Source of the DNA: Takakia lepidozioides
Taxonomy: Eukaryota > Plantae > Bryophyta
Length of the DNA stretch: 64,000 nt
Direction: 5' to 3'
NCBI GenBank assembly: GCA_030704615.1
Contig: CM060733.1
Location: forward strand, 70,618,001-70,682,000
The notes beneath the pieces are model-generated. The model made no database searches, was not told where the DNA came from, and saw nothing but the letters and a program-made list of their open reading frames with translations. Positions 40,301 through 53,300 of this stretch are shown here, one piece after another. Every line of letters begins with the position of its first letter. The first letter of the stretch is position 1. The position numbers and the translations under genes are program-made.

Positions 40301-41706
40301 CCAGCCAAGAGTCTTTTCGGACTAGGCAAAGCAATGGGGAGGTGTCCCCAATCCACAAGAGAGACTTCAATTCTTGGATGGACCTTGTTAACCGCTGGTT
40401 CGTGACTTAGGCGAAATGGGCCTTCATCGGTACAATCCATTTCCCGAGGCACTTATCAGAGGTTGTCCGATAGTATGTCTGTAGGATGCACTACAACAAA
40501 AAGCGGCTTTTACGTCTCTGTGTTATGACTGCAAATGCAGTCATGGAAGCCATTTACGACTTCCTGACTCTGAAGACGTAAAGACCTAGTCAGTTGTGAC
40601 ATGGCAGATATGACTCTCCAGGCTGGCTGTCACGTGGCGCCAGAGCAGCTGTGGGGGTAGTCATACACGCTGGCATTACTGAATGACTGAACGGACAGTG
40701 TAGTCCATGTCAACCGCGGTGTCAGACAGACACGTGGTGGCTACAGAACATGCCACGTGTTAGACTGCGACGCCAGCCCTCACTGCCAGCTATGACAGCG
40801 GACGAGGGAATTAAACGACAGCACGTGTCGCGTCATAGAAGAAACGCGTGGTGCAACATATCATTGCCACGTGTCACTGTGGGGGACGGGGCTTCGCAGT
40901 CACATGTATGTTTTCATGGGGGGAAATTTGGGGTCAACACGTGGCAGCATCTGGGGACACCATATGCCACATTCGTGTGTGCCCACGTGCTGGACTTTCG
41001 AGCTGTGGTGGATTCTTGCCAGTCATACCTACGACTGGCGCAGTACGGTATATTCCATGAACAGGGGATTCCATGAGGACGTTGTAGTCCCAGGTGGTGC
41101 CACGTGCACAATCCTCTAAACCTCACGTGCTGCTTCGTAGACATACATTTGACTGGACGTTCTGCATATGGAGTCATAGGACCAACTGCGCGGGGACCTT
41201 AGGGGGTCACGTGTCGGAATGTAATATGCTCATACACGTATCATATTGGGTTCGGTACTCATGGTTATGACTCTAGACGGACACGTGGATATGCCACAGA
41301 GGCAGCCAATAGGGTGCCACGTGCATGTGCCATACAACATCACAATCATGTATACAGCAAGACTTTAGGCACAGAAGTGGCACAAAAGTGGCACAGACGT
41401 AATTCTGAAAGACCACAATAGCAGCAACATCACCATCCAGCATCACCATTATCAACCACATATGAACAGCAACAACATAACCAACCATAGTGTGTGCAAT
41501 GGGGACATACCACCTACCACCACATTGCTCATTAATGAGGCATAAGTTTGCAACAACATGCATGAGAAAATCCAACATGTGATTTCTATCAAAATTGGAC
41601 AGTCAATTCAGAGAAACTGTCACTACTATAAGTTACCGTAGTTGCCAAATCCGGATGAGGCACAGGTGGAAATCCCCAAGAAATCCACAATGCTAGCCGA
41701 CCTGCC

Positions 41707-44700
41707 TCATCTCTTTGTCTGCAAGGTCTTCACTAGTTTGTCACTCCACACAGTAATGTAACCTACAGTGTCTCCCAACTCAGTGTGATGAGGCTTCATG
41801 GATTTGTTGTGATATGGTAGAGGGGCATTGGGAATGCGGACATCATCAATGTGGATGGCCACATAGCCTTCTGGCACAACAGGGTACCCTTCACTCACCT
41901 CCATCCCTTGGAGACCAGCAATGCGGCCAGATCCGGCTGTTGATCGCGGAACAGTGTCTATGAGCTTGACATGGTCTCCCACCACGAACTGCCATCCCAG
42001 CCCAAACATGGCAGATTGCATGAGAATTGTGGAACATGGATTGTGGAACGTATTGTGTCTACAAGGTCTACAAGGAGCTAATAACAATTTGTCTATCCAG
42101 GTCGGGAAGGGGAGAATAGCAGATTCTGCGAATAAGGGATCAGTGGTGTCGGCTTCCTCAAAGGGTGAAGGTGTGCTACCCTTTGATTTGGGGGGCCTCG
42201 TTTGTGGCCAAGCACCTACAACCAACCAACAAGCACCAAAAATGTATATTATCTACAGTGGGAACTCAAATTACACTAACACAATAAGATGCACCCAAAC
42301 TGTCAATGCCTACAGTTGACACTGCGACAGTAATTTGACAAACTCTATCACAACATGTTTTACTGCCACAACTTAAGCACAAATGAGGCTGGCAATGGCA
42401 CAAGGGAGTCATACAAAAATGCCTCTAATGTCTGGCACTGTGTACCACACTACAAAGTATGTTACCTGGCGAGGCTGAATGGCTCGAGGGCTGATAGCTT
42501 GTTGCCCAAATGTGGGTTGCCCTTTGATATATTCTGGAATGCTCGGAGCCTTAGCTGCCCCCTCCAAGAAGGGCCATAAGCTGGTCAGAAGGAAATTATC
42601 ATTGTGCGCCTCTACAGAACGACTTCTCCAAGGCAGTGGGAAAATGGCGCTGTATGCTGGATTTTTTGACCCCTTGTGCGGTGTGTCGTCAACAAGAAGA
42701 GTGGTTTCAGGATTCCAGACACAGTTGTCCCGCCACACTGTAGATAGGTTCTTCAGAAACCGTGGTTTCATGGGCAGGCTCCCATCCATGTCAGTGGACT
42801 GCTCACAATATCCCCCATCCCACTTGAATGCAAGGTCACGGTGCCCATGGAAAAGCCAGTCCACTGTGGGTAGGAAGTTACGTGGTTGCATACAAAACCA
42901 TGCTGCCACTTCAAAGTGTTCGAAACACTTGTCCAAAAAAGCTTTGCAACCAGGCCTTACAACGACCATCTTGCTACCACATAATTTGTGCTCAAGGCCA
43001 TTTGGAACCACAAACGCATTACCGCTCCCGACATGGACGCACTCACACAGCAATCCATTAATATCTAGGATGAGCAAATGCTTGCCCTTCTCCACTATTG
43101 TGTGCATGACATTCTCCGACATTAATTGAAGGTTGGGAGTGGAAGTGACAACCGTGGGTTGCTGGGTAATATCTGCTCGCGGGGAAACAAGGTCAATGTC
43201 CAGGGTTGTCTCAGATGCCCCCACCGCGACAGCAGCAGGCCGGAGTTCTGCATGCGCCTCCACTACCGCACAGTGTGACAGAACTGCACGAGGACGCGTA
43301 AGTTCCTTGGTAGGGGTGTCGTCCCCTCCACCTGGGCCAACATGCTCCACCTGCACATCATCCTTGAATGCATCAACGGGAGTGACGTTACCTGGTGACA
43401 TGCCAGGCAAGTCAAACCTGTCCTCCAGACGTCTTGAGGCTGAAGGGCCAGCGATGCACGAGCTGTTTGCTATGGATGAGCCCACTAAGGCAGGTGAGGA
43501 AATGTTGATCCCAAATTTCTCAGCCATGGCCTTCTGGTACATCATCACATGCGATATTGTAGCCTTCAAATCCATCATATCTTTGTGTTGTGCACCCTGT
43601 GCTCTTTCCATATCCTCCACTTTGCGAGCAATTGCTGAATACCCAGAGGTCCCCTCCTGCCAGGTCCACGCAAGTCCATGAACAACATGAGAACATCATG
43701 CCGTTGGTAGGGAAAATGCCTAGAACAAAATAATCGACAAAAAATGGGAGAAAGAATGATCACGTGGATCTCACCATCCGCTCGCTGGTCAATGTTCTGC
43801 TTACTGAACCTTCCTGGATTTCATGCAACGATGGACTTCGGCCTCGCTCCTTTGCCTGCATTTGTCATGTACCAGCTCAGTATGCTAGCATGGTCAACCT
43901 GACGAGCGACATACCATTCTGTGACAACAGTGATTGAACAGAGGTTTGTCAGACATAGTGTTGGGATGCAACCAATATTGGTATCCCCGCGCCCACTAAC
44001 CTAGTCACTATGTCTGCAGTAATACAGAGAGCTGAGTGACAAATGCAGCTAATGCAGAAGAGTAATCACCAGCACAACACTACCCTATGTTAATGACCAC
44101 AAAAAGTCATGTTAACACTCACACTCACTCTCACTATTGCAGTTTCAAATACTGCCCTGACATCATCATTGCACGACAACTCTGATCAGACCCTTCTCTA
44201 TCCACACTTACAGATTGGTATGTAAAATGAGGACCCCACCCACTTCACAACTTTGCCAGGTTCGGGTAATCCGGGTTTTCTAGTAATCCAATAATCCGGG
44301 TTTTCCAGATATCCTCTAGAAAACCCTTCACACAAGCATCAATCTGCTGTGTGTGATTTGCCCAAAAACTAGGCCTCAGGAAGGCCTGGGCTTTTGGCTC
44401 AGCCTCTCAACTTTCAAAGTTGGTGAACACGGGTACAGGCACAATTCCCTTGATTGAATTGAAGACAACGTCTCTTTGGTGAGAGAACCCCGGACAGTGT
44501 ATCAGAAAATGAATACTGTCTTCAGATTGCCCACACAACGGACAATTGCACTCTCCCTTTCCTCTCTGCTTCTGTTTGCTGTTCAAAGGTAGGCTTGCTT
44601 CCTGCCCTGAGTTTAAATTTCAGTCTAGTGCCGTAGACCCTTGAGGTCATCCAAGATGTCCACCCCCATGTCACTGACTAGAAAGAAGTTCAGGGAAGTT

Positions 44701-47097
44701 CTCTGCCTAACTTCTTTCATCAGACAATCTCATGGCAACAAACATGGCTTCAGACACTACAGCCTCTAAGGCAGATTTATCCAGCAGGGTCAAGACTTGC
44801 GGATCCAGGTCCAGGTCCTTGAGAATCTTTTCTACTCTCTTCTGCCAGGACTTAGCCTGTTTGACAGGGCGGTCCTGTTTCCAAGATATAGAGTCGATCA
44901 ACTTAGGATATCTGGTGTTGGGCATATGTTGCAGCTGACCCCACCATTGACCTTGAATTCATCTCGTCGGGAGCTTAAGGATGGAATGCCAAACTCACCC
45001 CGAACAACCACATTGGCTGTTTTGGAGCATGCTGACATACACTCCTTAAGCACCCCCACTTGAATGGATTCTAGAGACTTAGCCTGGTTGGAGCTATCAA
45101 CCCATATAGCAGATCTGTACTCCAAGGCAGGTCCCCCCTTAAAGAAAAGCCTACAAGCACCTTGCGACAAGGTGAATGAACACTTTAGTTCACTCCACAG
45201 GCAACACCCCTTCAAGAAAAACCTGATTGCCGGGGACATAATTTGGAGAATTCAATGACAAAGCCTGGTGGCACTTCGTACTTCCCTCCTAACATGGTGT
45301 AAAATGGGGGAAATGGACACCCCATTATACATTGTACTCATAAGACGTTGTTTGCCATAGCCTTCTGGCCATTGACCCCACGCCCAGTTTGAGCGGGAAC
45401 AAAAGGAACAGAACCTACCTCAGTCAGGGGTTGACGTTGGTAGTAAGACTTACCTTCATATAAAGATTTAATCCGGGTTTTCCAGATATCCTCTAGAAAA
45501 CCCTTCACACAAGCATCAATCTGCTGGGTGTGATTTGCCCCAAAACTAGGCCTCAGGAGGGCCGCGGCTTTTGGCTCAGCCTCGAGAGTTTCAAAGTTGG
45601 TAAACAAGGGTACAGGCACAATTCCCTTGATTGAATTGAAGACAACGTCTCTTTGGTGAGAGAACCCCGGACAGTGTATCAGAAAATGAATATTGTCTTC
45701 AGATTGCCCACACTACGGACAATTGCACTCTCCCTTTCCTCTCTGCTTCTGTTTGTTGTTCAAAGGTAGGCTTCCTGCCCTGAGTTTAAATTTCAGTCTA
45801 CTTCCAACTTGTGGGTAGACCCTTGAGGTCATCCAAGATGTCCACCCCCATGTCACTGACTGGAAACAACTTCAGGGAAGTTCTCTGCCTAACTTCATTT
45901 TCATCAGACAATCTGATGGCAACAGACATGCCTTCAGACACTACAGCCTCTAAGTCAGATTTATCCAGCTGGGTCAATACTTGCGGATCCAGGTCCAGGT
46001 CCTTGAGAATCTTTTCTACTCTCTTCTGCCAGGACTTAGCCTGTTTCACATTATAAACAACAATCAGCCAAGGCAAAGAGGGCAAAAAGGCTGGTGTGTG
46101 AACTTACAAGCCGAGCCTCAACAGATGCCTTCCCACCACGTCCTGTTTTTGAAGGCTTCTTGATTGATGAATTTGCAACCTTCATGAGGGCACTTTTTGC
46201 GTTGAATCCTGCTGTCTGCCAATACGATACCAGCCTGTCCCAATGAGCTTCCTTCAGATGCGCAGGCCTCCCCTCGCCTGCCTTGTACATTGCATAGATC
46301 TCGTGTCTTTGGGTTTTCAAGGCAATGCCAAGTGTCTTCCTCATGTGCTCATAGTCAAGACCACGTGGCGTGTACGCAAATGTAGAGTTTAGAATCCTAT
46401 ATATTTCTTCAATGACAGATTTATCCTGCGCTGCAATATGCATTGACATGTCACACAAACGCCACATCTGGCCTTTGAGGGCTGCATGCCAGGTATTGCG
46501 TGCTGGTCCAATGGGCTCTCCAGCTTTGTCAACCGGAAGCACTTGAGTGGGGAGTCCATCTTCGTCTCGCGCATCATGGTTTCGGATTGCCTCTGCCCTG
46601 GCACGCCTGTTCGCCCGCCTCAAAGCATTAGCTCGCTCCTTCTTGGTCATAGGGGTCTCTTCCTTTGCCACCTCAGGTGGTGGGGCAGCTGGGGGTTGCC
46701 ATGGGGAATGGGGGGCGGGACAGTATCGCCCACCGTATGGCCCAAAAGGTTCGTATGGTGGACGTGTAGATGCCGGGTAAGCATGTGGGTCTAGGAGGTA
46801 AGGGGGAATAGGTGGAGGAGAATGGGCATATGGCTGCTGTGGGTAACCACCTGGAGGGGGCTTGTATTGGATGTGCGGGTTGTAAGGGCCCGCAGCGCCA
46901 TACTGATCGGGGGTGGGGTAGGCATGTGGGTAATGTGTGTACGGAGGGTACTGTGGAATAGGTCGTGGAGGTGGTCGTTCTGCGCTTGGGGACTTGTTTG
47001 TAGCAGGGTTGACTTGTTTGAACAACCCCCGCCCCGATGGACTGCCCACCACAGCTGCAGCGCCTTCGATGGAAGCTCGCCTCTTCCTGGCCTGCAC
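41707..47097 (-). CDS. Spliced CACTA TnpA-like gene: Ptta/En/Spm (Transposase_24)-like domain, FCP1/NIF HAD phosphatase-like domain, Tnp1-like C-terminal domain
   Basis: HWDRLVSYW...SALMKVANS...TGRGGKASVEARL | AKERGRSPSLHEI | LLILDINGLL, VRPGCKAFLD, FLKNL, TTLLVDDTPHK | GSGRI...VPEGYVAIHID...PLPY...LGDTVGYITVW. Confidence 0.7.
44293..45260 (-). mobile_element. LINE ORF2 3' fragment, copy 1
   Basis: LEYRSAIW...ESIQ...TANVVVRGEFGIPSLSSRR and CPLCGQSEDSIHFLIHCP; frameshifted. Confidence 0.75.
45338..46046 (-). mobile_element. LINE ORF2 3' fragment, copy 2
   Basis: 45470-46046 is a direct repeat of 44293-44862. Confidence 0.75.
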
Positions 47098-48181
47098 AGA
47101 ATAAAAACCAATTCAAACATTAAAGTCAATCAAAGCATTCAAATGAAATCATGGCAACTTAGAACAAATTAACGCCGTGCACCTGCCATTTTAAAGCTTT
47201 GATTGTACTCATCCTCCTATGAGCAGGTCCTCATCCCCTCAGACTCATCAGGTGCCCCACACTTCTGTTTACCCATTCAGAAAAGTGGGGGCTGAGCCAA
47301 ATCTACATGGCCAATTCCAAAGCCTACCTAGTGGGGAGACCTCAAAAACCATTGGCATGCTTGTATCAAAGCGTGCATACAAGTACTTGCATCAGTGGGT
47401 AGATGGACTCATTTGAATGGACATTGCATTTTAGTTGTAAACAGAAACATCACTATGTATCAACCTCTTAGTAAGAGCCTTTGACTTTAACCCAAACTAT
47501 GTACACGATGAAGATATAGCAAAAGGGGTTGATTTCCTATCCCATTGTGGGGTTTCACTGCCTATATGCTCGGGCATCCCTTCCTTCCTACATCCCAATT
47601 TTTCTAGCAATGCCATCTCCCCAATGTGAAATTCCCAAAGTGAGAACTTTCCAAATGTGATTGCATTCAAAGTTGTGCCACGTCCACTGCCAGATTTTCT
47701 GTGGCTTCCACCTTTCAACCTCTTCTGTGTGGGAGGGGGCTGCTATTTCATGAGCCATGAGCCATGAGCAGAGTCGTAAGTGTGGAAAAAAACATGAGCA
47801 GCACTATTTTCCGGAAATGAGTGTCCGCGGGAATAGGGTTTAGGGTGCCACGGTCATAGGGGGAGAAGGACCTCCCGATGAAGGAGGTTCGGCAATGTTA
47901 TTTAGAATTATATATTGAAAGGCAATGTTTCGCGAATGGTAGGGTGGTACTGCTCTGTACAATGGGGGCCCATTTCAGCTTACCAGCCATTTGCAAAATC
48001 CACCCACACTCCCAATCCCAAACGAAATGAGCAATGACGCATTCGCGGAACGATGGACACAGAATATAATAAAAAGAGGGCACAATGAGGTTTTTATTGA
48101 TCCACATGAATTGCATTTGAAGCACGTCTACTGTGCTGATTGTGCCATCAAATCTTGAGCCCTGTGCCTACTGAATACAAG

Positions 48182-49275
48182 TCACGTTGTCAATGGGACT
48201 TCGACTGCTCTCAGAACTAGCTCATGAGTCATGGGGCTCCTCCATGTAAAGTCGATTGCAGCCGTTGTACCGCCCCTAGTGATGTTCACCACAATGTCCT
48301 GCCCTTCAATCATACCACCATCGAATATGGAAATCTTCACGTTTTCGTCGTCCACACCAATGCGAATGTCCCCATACAATGGAGAAGAGGAGCGCACTCC
48401 TCGAGGAGAATAGGTCTCTCCGATGGAGTCCACCCACGTCCAGTGGCAGCAGTTCCACCGCAACAGCATAGCAGTGCGCCTTCTTCTGCATGGGTGACCG
48501 TCGTAGCTGGGAAAATCGGAATCGAGGATGCGCAGGAGCCACGGACTCCTCAGACCAAGATCGTCACCCCGCTCGAAGGCGTAGTGGCCTACGATATACT
48601 CAAAAGCCACCAATGTTTCCACAATCGAACCAGTATCTCTCTGTAATCTGTGTACCAGATAACAATGTCTCCCGATGTGGCCGAATACATTGCATAATCG
48701 ATGCCTCCAAAGGGGCAGTCGTCCCGGTTCCGGAAGCACGGCATCCTTGCAAAGGAGGACCTGAGGACGACTTGGATGCGATGACCTTGCGGACAGCTAC
48801 GAAGCCCTTAGATTTTGGAAAAGATACGAAGCGGAAGAGCAGTCCGGCCTCCAAAATGGAGCATCTGGGTCACACGTACCCACTGACGGAGGTGGAACGT
48901 GTTCATCACGGCAGCGGTGGATGAAGCCATACATCTTTCTCTCAACAAGTTATAGTTTGAGATCTGCCACCGAAGTCCATCCCCCGGATGGAAATTCGGC
49001 GCCGCATTTACATCGAAGAGGGGATGGACTTCGTCGTGTCCAGTGGCTATCGGCCCAACTGGCAGTGAGTGCCCATAGTTTGCATGGCAGGGTAGGAAAC
49101 TGAAACGGCTACATTCATGCAGCAGCCAATCTTCATCGGTCCAGGATCCTGTACGGGGGAAATTTAAATGTGCCCTGGAGTGTGCCCTGGAATGTACCTC
49201 ACTTCTGTATGACTGTGTTTCATTGTGTTGAATAACTCTCGGATTTGGCCCACTGTTTACAATTTGATGTCTCAT
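48182..49275 (-). pseudogene. Third, unidentified coding-like region of the MULE (broken ORFs)
   Basis: Adjacent minus-strand ORFs of 155, 84 and 185 aa between the left TIR and the palindrome array; no recognised motif. Confidence 0.35.
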
Positions 49276-49368
49276 TTCTACAATTTGTCTGTCCGGTTGA
49301 ATAAAGCAGAGTAACCGGTATGTGAGTCATGTGTCAAGAATATACCAGAGTAACGCCATGTCGGACAT

Positions 49369-50188
49369 TGAAATGCGGCACCGCATTTCCATGTCGGGAT
49401 CGAAATGCGGTGCCGCATTTCCATGTCCGCATCGAAATGCGGCACAGCATTTCCATGTCGGACATCGAAATGCGGCACCGCATTTCCATGTCGGACATCG
49501 AAATTCGGCACCGCATTTCCATGTCGGACATCGAAATGCGGCACCGCATTTCCATGTGGGACAAGAAATGCGGTGCATCATTTCCGTCCAGGTACACGAA
49601 ATACCAACACGGGTCTATAAATTGATCAGAAAACGAGGTTGGCATTGCAAATGCGGCGACGCATTTCCAGCGTGCAATGGAAACTTCTTTTTGGACAAGG
49701 GAATGCGGTGCCGCATTTCCGTCCAACACTTCGAAAAATGCACCTATTTCCGACCAGCGCGATGGAATGCGTTACCGCATTTCCGAGAGAGGGTCTGCAA
49801 ATGGACAAATTGCGATGTCCGTTCTGGAAATGCGGCGGCCGCATTTCCATGTCCGTCATCGACTTTTTTTTTACAATGGAATGCGGTGCCAAATTTTTGC
49901 TGATGGGCCTCCAGTTCGAACAACGACCATCCCCAATATGGAAATGCGGCACCGCATTTTCAATCCCCGCCATGTCGGCCTCCTTGTTCGACCTCCTTGT
50001 TCGACCTCTGTAAGCGTGGTGGCATCCATGCAATGAGCGGGAGAGGCCAAAACTGACTGGCGTGTGGACAAAGGAAATTTTGGAAATGCGGCACCGCATT
50101 CCCAGTTCAGATTACTTTTTACTATGCCAACATTGAAATGGAAAAATTAGTCCCTCCCCTGTTTTGGAAATGCGGTGCCGCATTTCCA
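49369..50188. repeat. Palindrome array 1: ~15 copies of GGAAATGCGG-NN-CCGCATTTCC, the first seven in 32-33-bp tandem units
   Basis: Seen directly. Confidence 0.95.
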
Positions 50189-50379
50189 AAAGAGGTTCTT
50201 AGAGTTGCCAAAATTTTGGAATGCCCTGACCCATTTCTGATTTTGGAGCGTCCTGGTTTGGGCGATTGTGTGGCTGGAATGCACACTGGAGAGGGGTCAC
50301 GAATGTCGGGCAGAATTTTCTTTATTACTGTGGAAGAGAATTTACATTTATAGACTTCATTAAAATTCTATTAATCTTG

Positions 50380-53300
50380 AAAATCATCGGAATCCTCATC
50401 CTGTTCTAGACTGTCCTGCTCCTCCTCCACCCCCTCAGTGCCTCTCTCATCTCCAGCGGACTGCTCGTTGGCCAGGCTTTCGAAAATCCCATCTTCCCCT
50501 TGCGGAACTGTCCATCTCACACCTCCGTTGGGTCGTCTTCCTCCCTGTCTGCGTCGCTCTCATCCGCTGAATCACATATGTCTTTCGTACCCTCTACCTG
50601 TCTGACTGCTGCCAACTCTTTCCTTATCCTTTTGTCCTCCCTAGCCCTCTCCAAAATCTGCTCTACTTTACTGGATTCTCACTTCTTCTAATCGCTGTAT
50701 TTGCGAGTTTAGCTGCAATAACTAGGAAGGCGTAGTCCCTCACCGGGCTCGTCATGAAGTCGGCCCTCGCAAAGAACGGGACATTCTTCCTGGCAGGAAG
50801 TGTAGGCCCTACATGTTTCGACCACGGACCCTCAATCCTGCACATGACAATCATCAACGAGACTAATGAGAACCACAGTCGGGAAATTCCTTTGACATAA
50901 ATGACCCCAGAAGGCTTTGCAAACTTACAATGTTTTGCACTCACTCGTATTCCGGGTTCTCCTCTGCATCAATGTCCACTGTGTCTTCCTCGGACTCCGA
51001 CGAATCCGAGGAGACTTCCGCCGCTCTGTCGGGAGCCTTCACATTCGTTGCAGCACCCCCTCCAGAGGGATCCCCCACGGATGAATCCTCCTCGTAGGCA
51101 AAGAGGTGCCGGTCGGAAAACCGCCCAGCCCACATTGAGGCACCTGTTACAATGCCATCCACACATTACCACATGGCGCTTCATCAGATGTTGCGAACTA
51201 CAATCCTAACGAGAATTTGCAGAACAGCAGAGATCAAGATTCTGCATTACCTGTCCCACAGATGAGTCCAGCACTGTGCCCTCCACGTCTGTGCATGTCT
51301 CCATATTGTCTGAATGAAGGCAGGGCTCCGAGTCCGTGAGTACCGCAGGGGTTCCGTTGAAGTGAAGCTATGAGGGAGAAGTTCCTTGGGAACGTTGTTC
51401 GCAGTTGGGTTCAACCTTTCCTCCCTCCTTCCGGAAAGCAAAAGGTGGAGTTTTCCTTCCAAAGCAGTATGCATCGAACTGCTTCGTGCTGCATACACAG
51501 GGGAAAACGATTAGAAACCGAATGCGCACCGCATTTGAAAGCACCCAAGCAAATGAATGGACGAGTGCCAGTGTCGTAATCACCTTCTTCCCTTCCGACC
51601 GAAGGCCCAGTGTGTTGATGCACGTCCACTTCTTTTTCAGAATCGGGACGGCGCTCTTGCGGGTCCACTTCGCAATTCCTGTCTGAGTGTTTTTTCCTCT
51701 GCTCGCCAGGACAACCACACAGCCTCTGTCGTCCAACACCATGCGGGCAAGCCCGAATCCTTTCTTCCAAAAGTCCTCCGAGTACCTGTTCCAAGATGGC
51801 AAAGCTTGCAGTCCTTCCACAGGCTCTCCGTCCGGAATATCCAAGATGATCATATCGCAAGACCACTCGGTGGCATTTCCGCCCCTCCTACAATCCTTGT
51901 CTGCACACACCCTCTCAAAGAACGAGACCATATTCTGAAATCCTGGGGTGTCGGAAGGCTCTTCGGCAGTCGCCTTCTTCAGTGCTCTGCCCTTCAGACC
52001 CTCCATGGTCTTCATGTATGCCAACTTGGCTGCCCGTCCATCCAAAGCCGCCAAGAAACTCTCATTTACACACTGGACTACAGTTTCGGGAGCCACTTTC
52101 GGCCTCTTCATTTCCACCGGCTCGAAAGGGTGCCCCCCTGGGGGGTTGAAGAGTGCCTTCTTTGCCGAGCCAGTTCTCGTGCCTCTCGTGACAACGGTGG
52201 GCACAGGGGAGGCAGCCTGCGTTTGGGGGGGTGGGCTGGTTGCAAAGTCTCCATCGGAGTCCTCTTCCTCACCCTCTTCCTGAACAGGCTGTTTCTGCTT
52301 CTTCGTTTTGGCGGGTGTCACAACAGCTGCTCCTTGCTGGCGAGTCCTCTTCTTCGACCCCTTCTGTTGGGCCTGCACAGCTGCATCCACCGTCTTTTGT
52401 GCCATCTCAGCTGCCTTTCTGGATTCTTCCAGAGCAGCAGATTCCTTTGCCGACTTTGGCCCAGCAGGGACACGTCTTTCCTTTCTCTTCTCTTCTGCCA
52501 AGGCGTGCAGATCTTTCTCAGACTCGTCAACAATACCGCCAGACATGTCCAGGTACCACGGGCATCCAACGAGATGCGCGGGATGCCATTGTTTCTGCAT
52601 CTCGGGTGTGTAGACACAGCTTGGGCCCGCCACGGTCCAAGCCATGAAGAACGGGGGCTCTTGAGCCAGGGCCCCTGTCTGAAGGAGCACGTATTTCATA
52701 TACCTGCAAGGCAGTCAGCATGCGTGAGCAAAAGTTGAGACCAACCTACTGGCAGAGTGCCACCGAAAACATAAAATGCGAATGCGGTGCCGCATTTCCG
52801 AGACAAACCTCGTAACCAGGCTTCGCATACAAGGGCAGCTGTGCTTCACCTGTAAACAATTCGCATTGCAGCTTTCCCCGCTCCCTCCTGATGTGTAAAC
52901 TCCACGCTCCTTCTTGCTGTCTGTAGCTCTCTGGCGAAAAGGTTGTCCTTGTACGCACATCTGAAACGTGTCACGTAGTCTTCCAATGTCTGTGTTCCAT
53001 CCCATTTGACGTACAAGCCGAACGAATTTGTGTGCATTACGACTTGCTCCTTCGCATTCGACATTACCTGCGATTCCCAAATGCATTGTCACGTAGCAGT
53101 TCAGGGAATTCATGTCAGAAAAGCAAATCTGGGGAAGTACCTTGAATTACCTGGAACCACCAAGTCATACGGTTGAGCCACACATCCACTGCAGGGTCGG
53201 AAACTTCCAGTGGAAAAGACCACATTGTCCTTATGCTCTCGGATGCATTCCAGATCGACAGCCACCGTGTCTGCCATTTCCGATCCAATGTCAGTGGCTG

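Noticed and set aside
49278-50353. ORFs with repeated KCGTAF / EMRHRIS / GNAVPHF peptides (also 55684-57857)
   Set aside because: They are translations of the DNA palindrome and appear in all six frames
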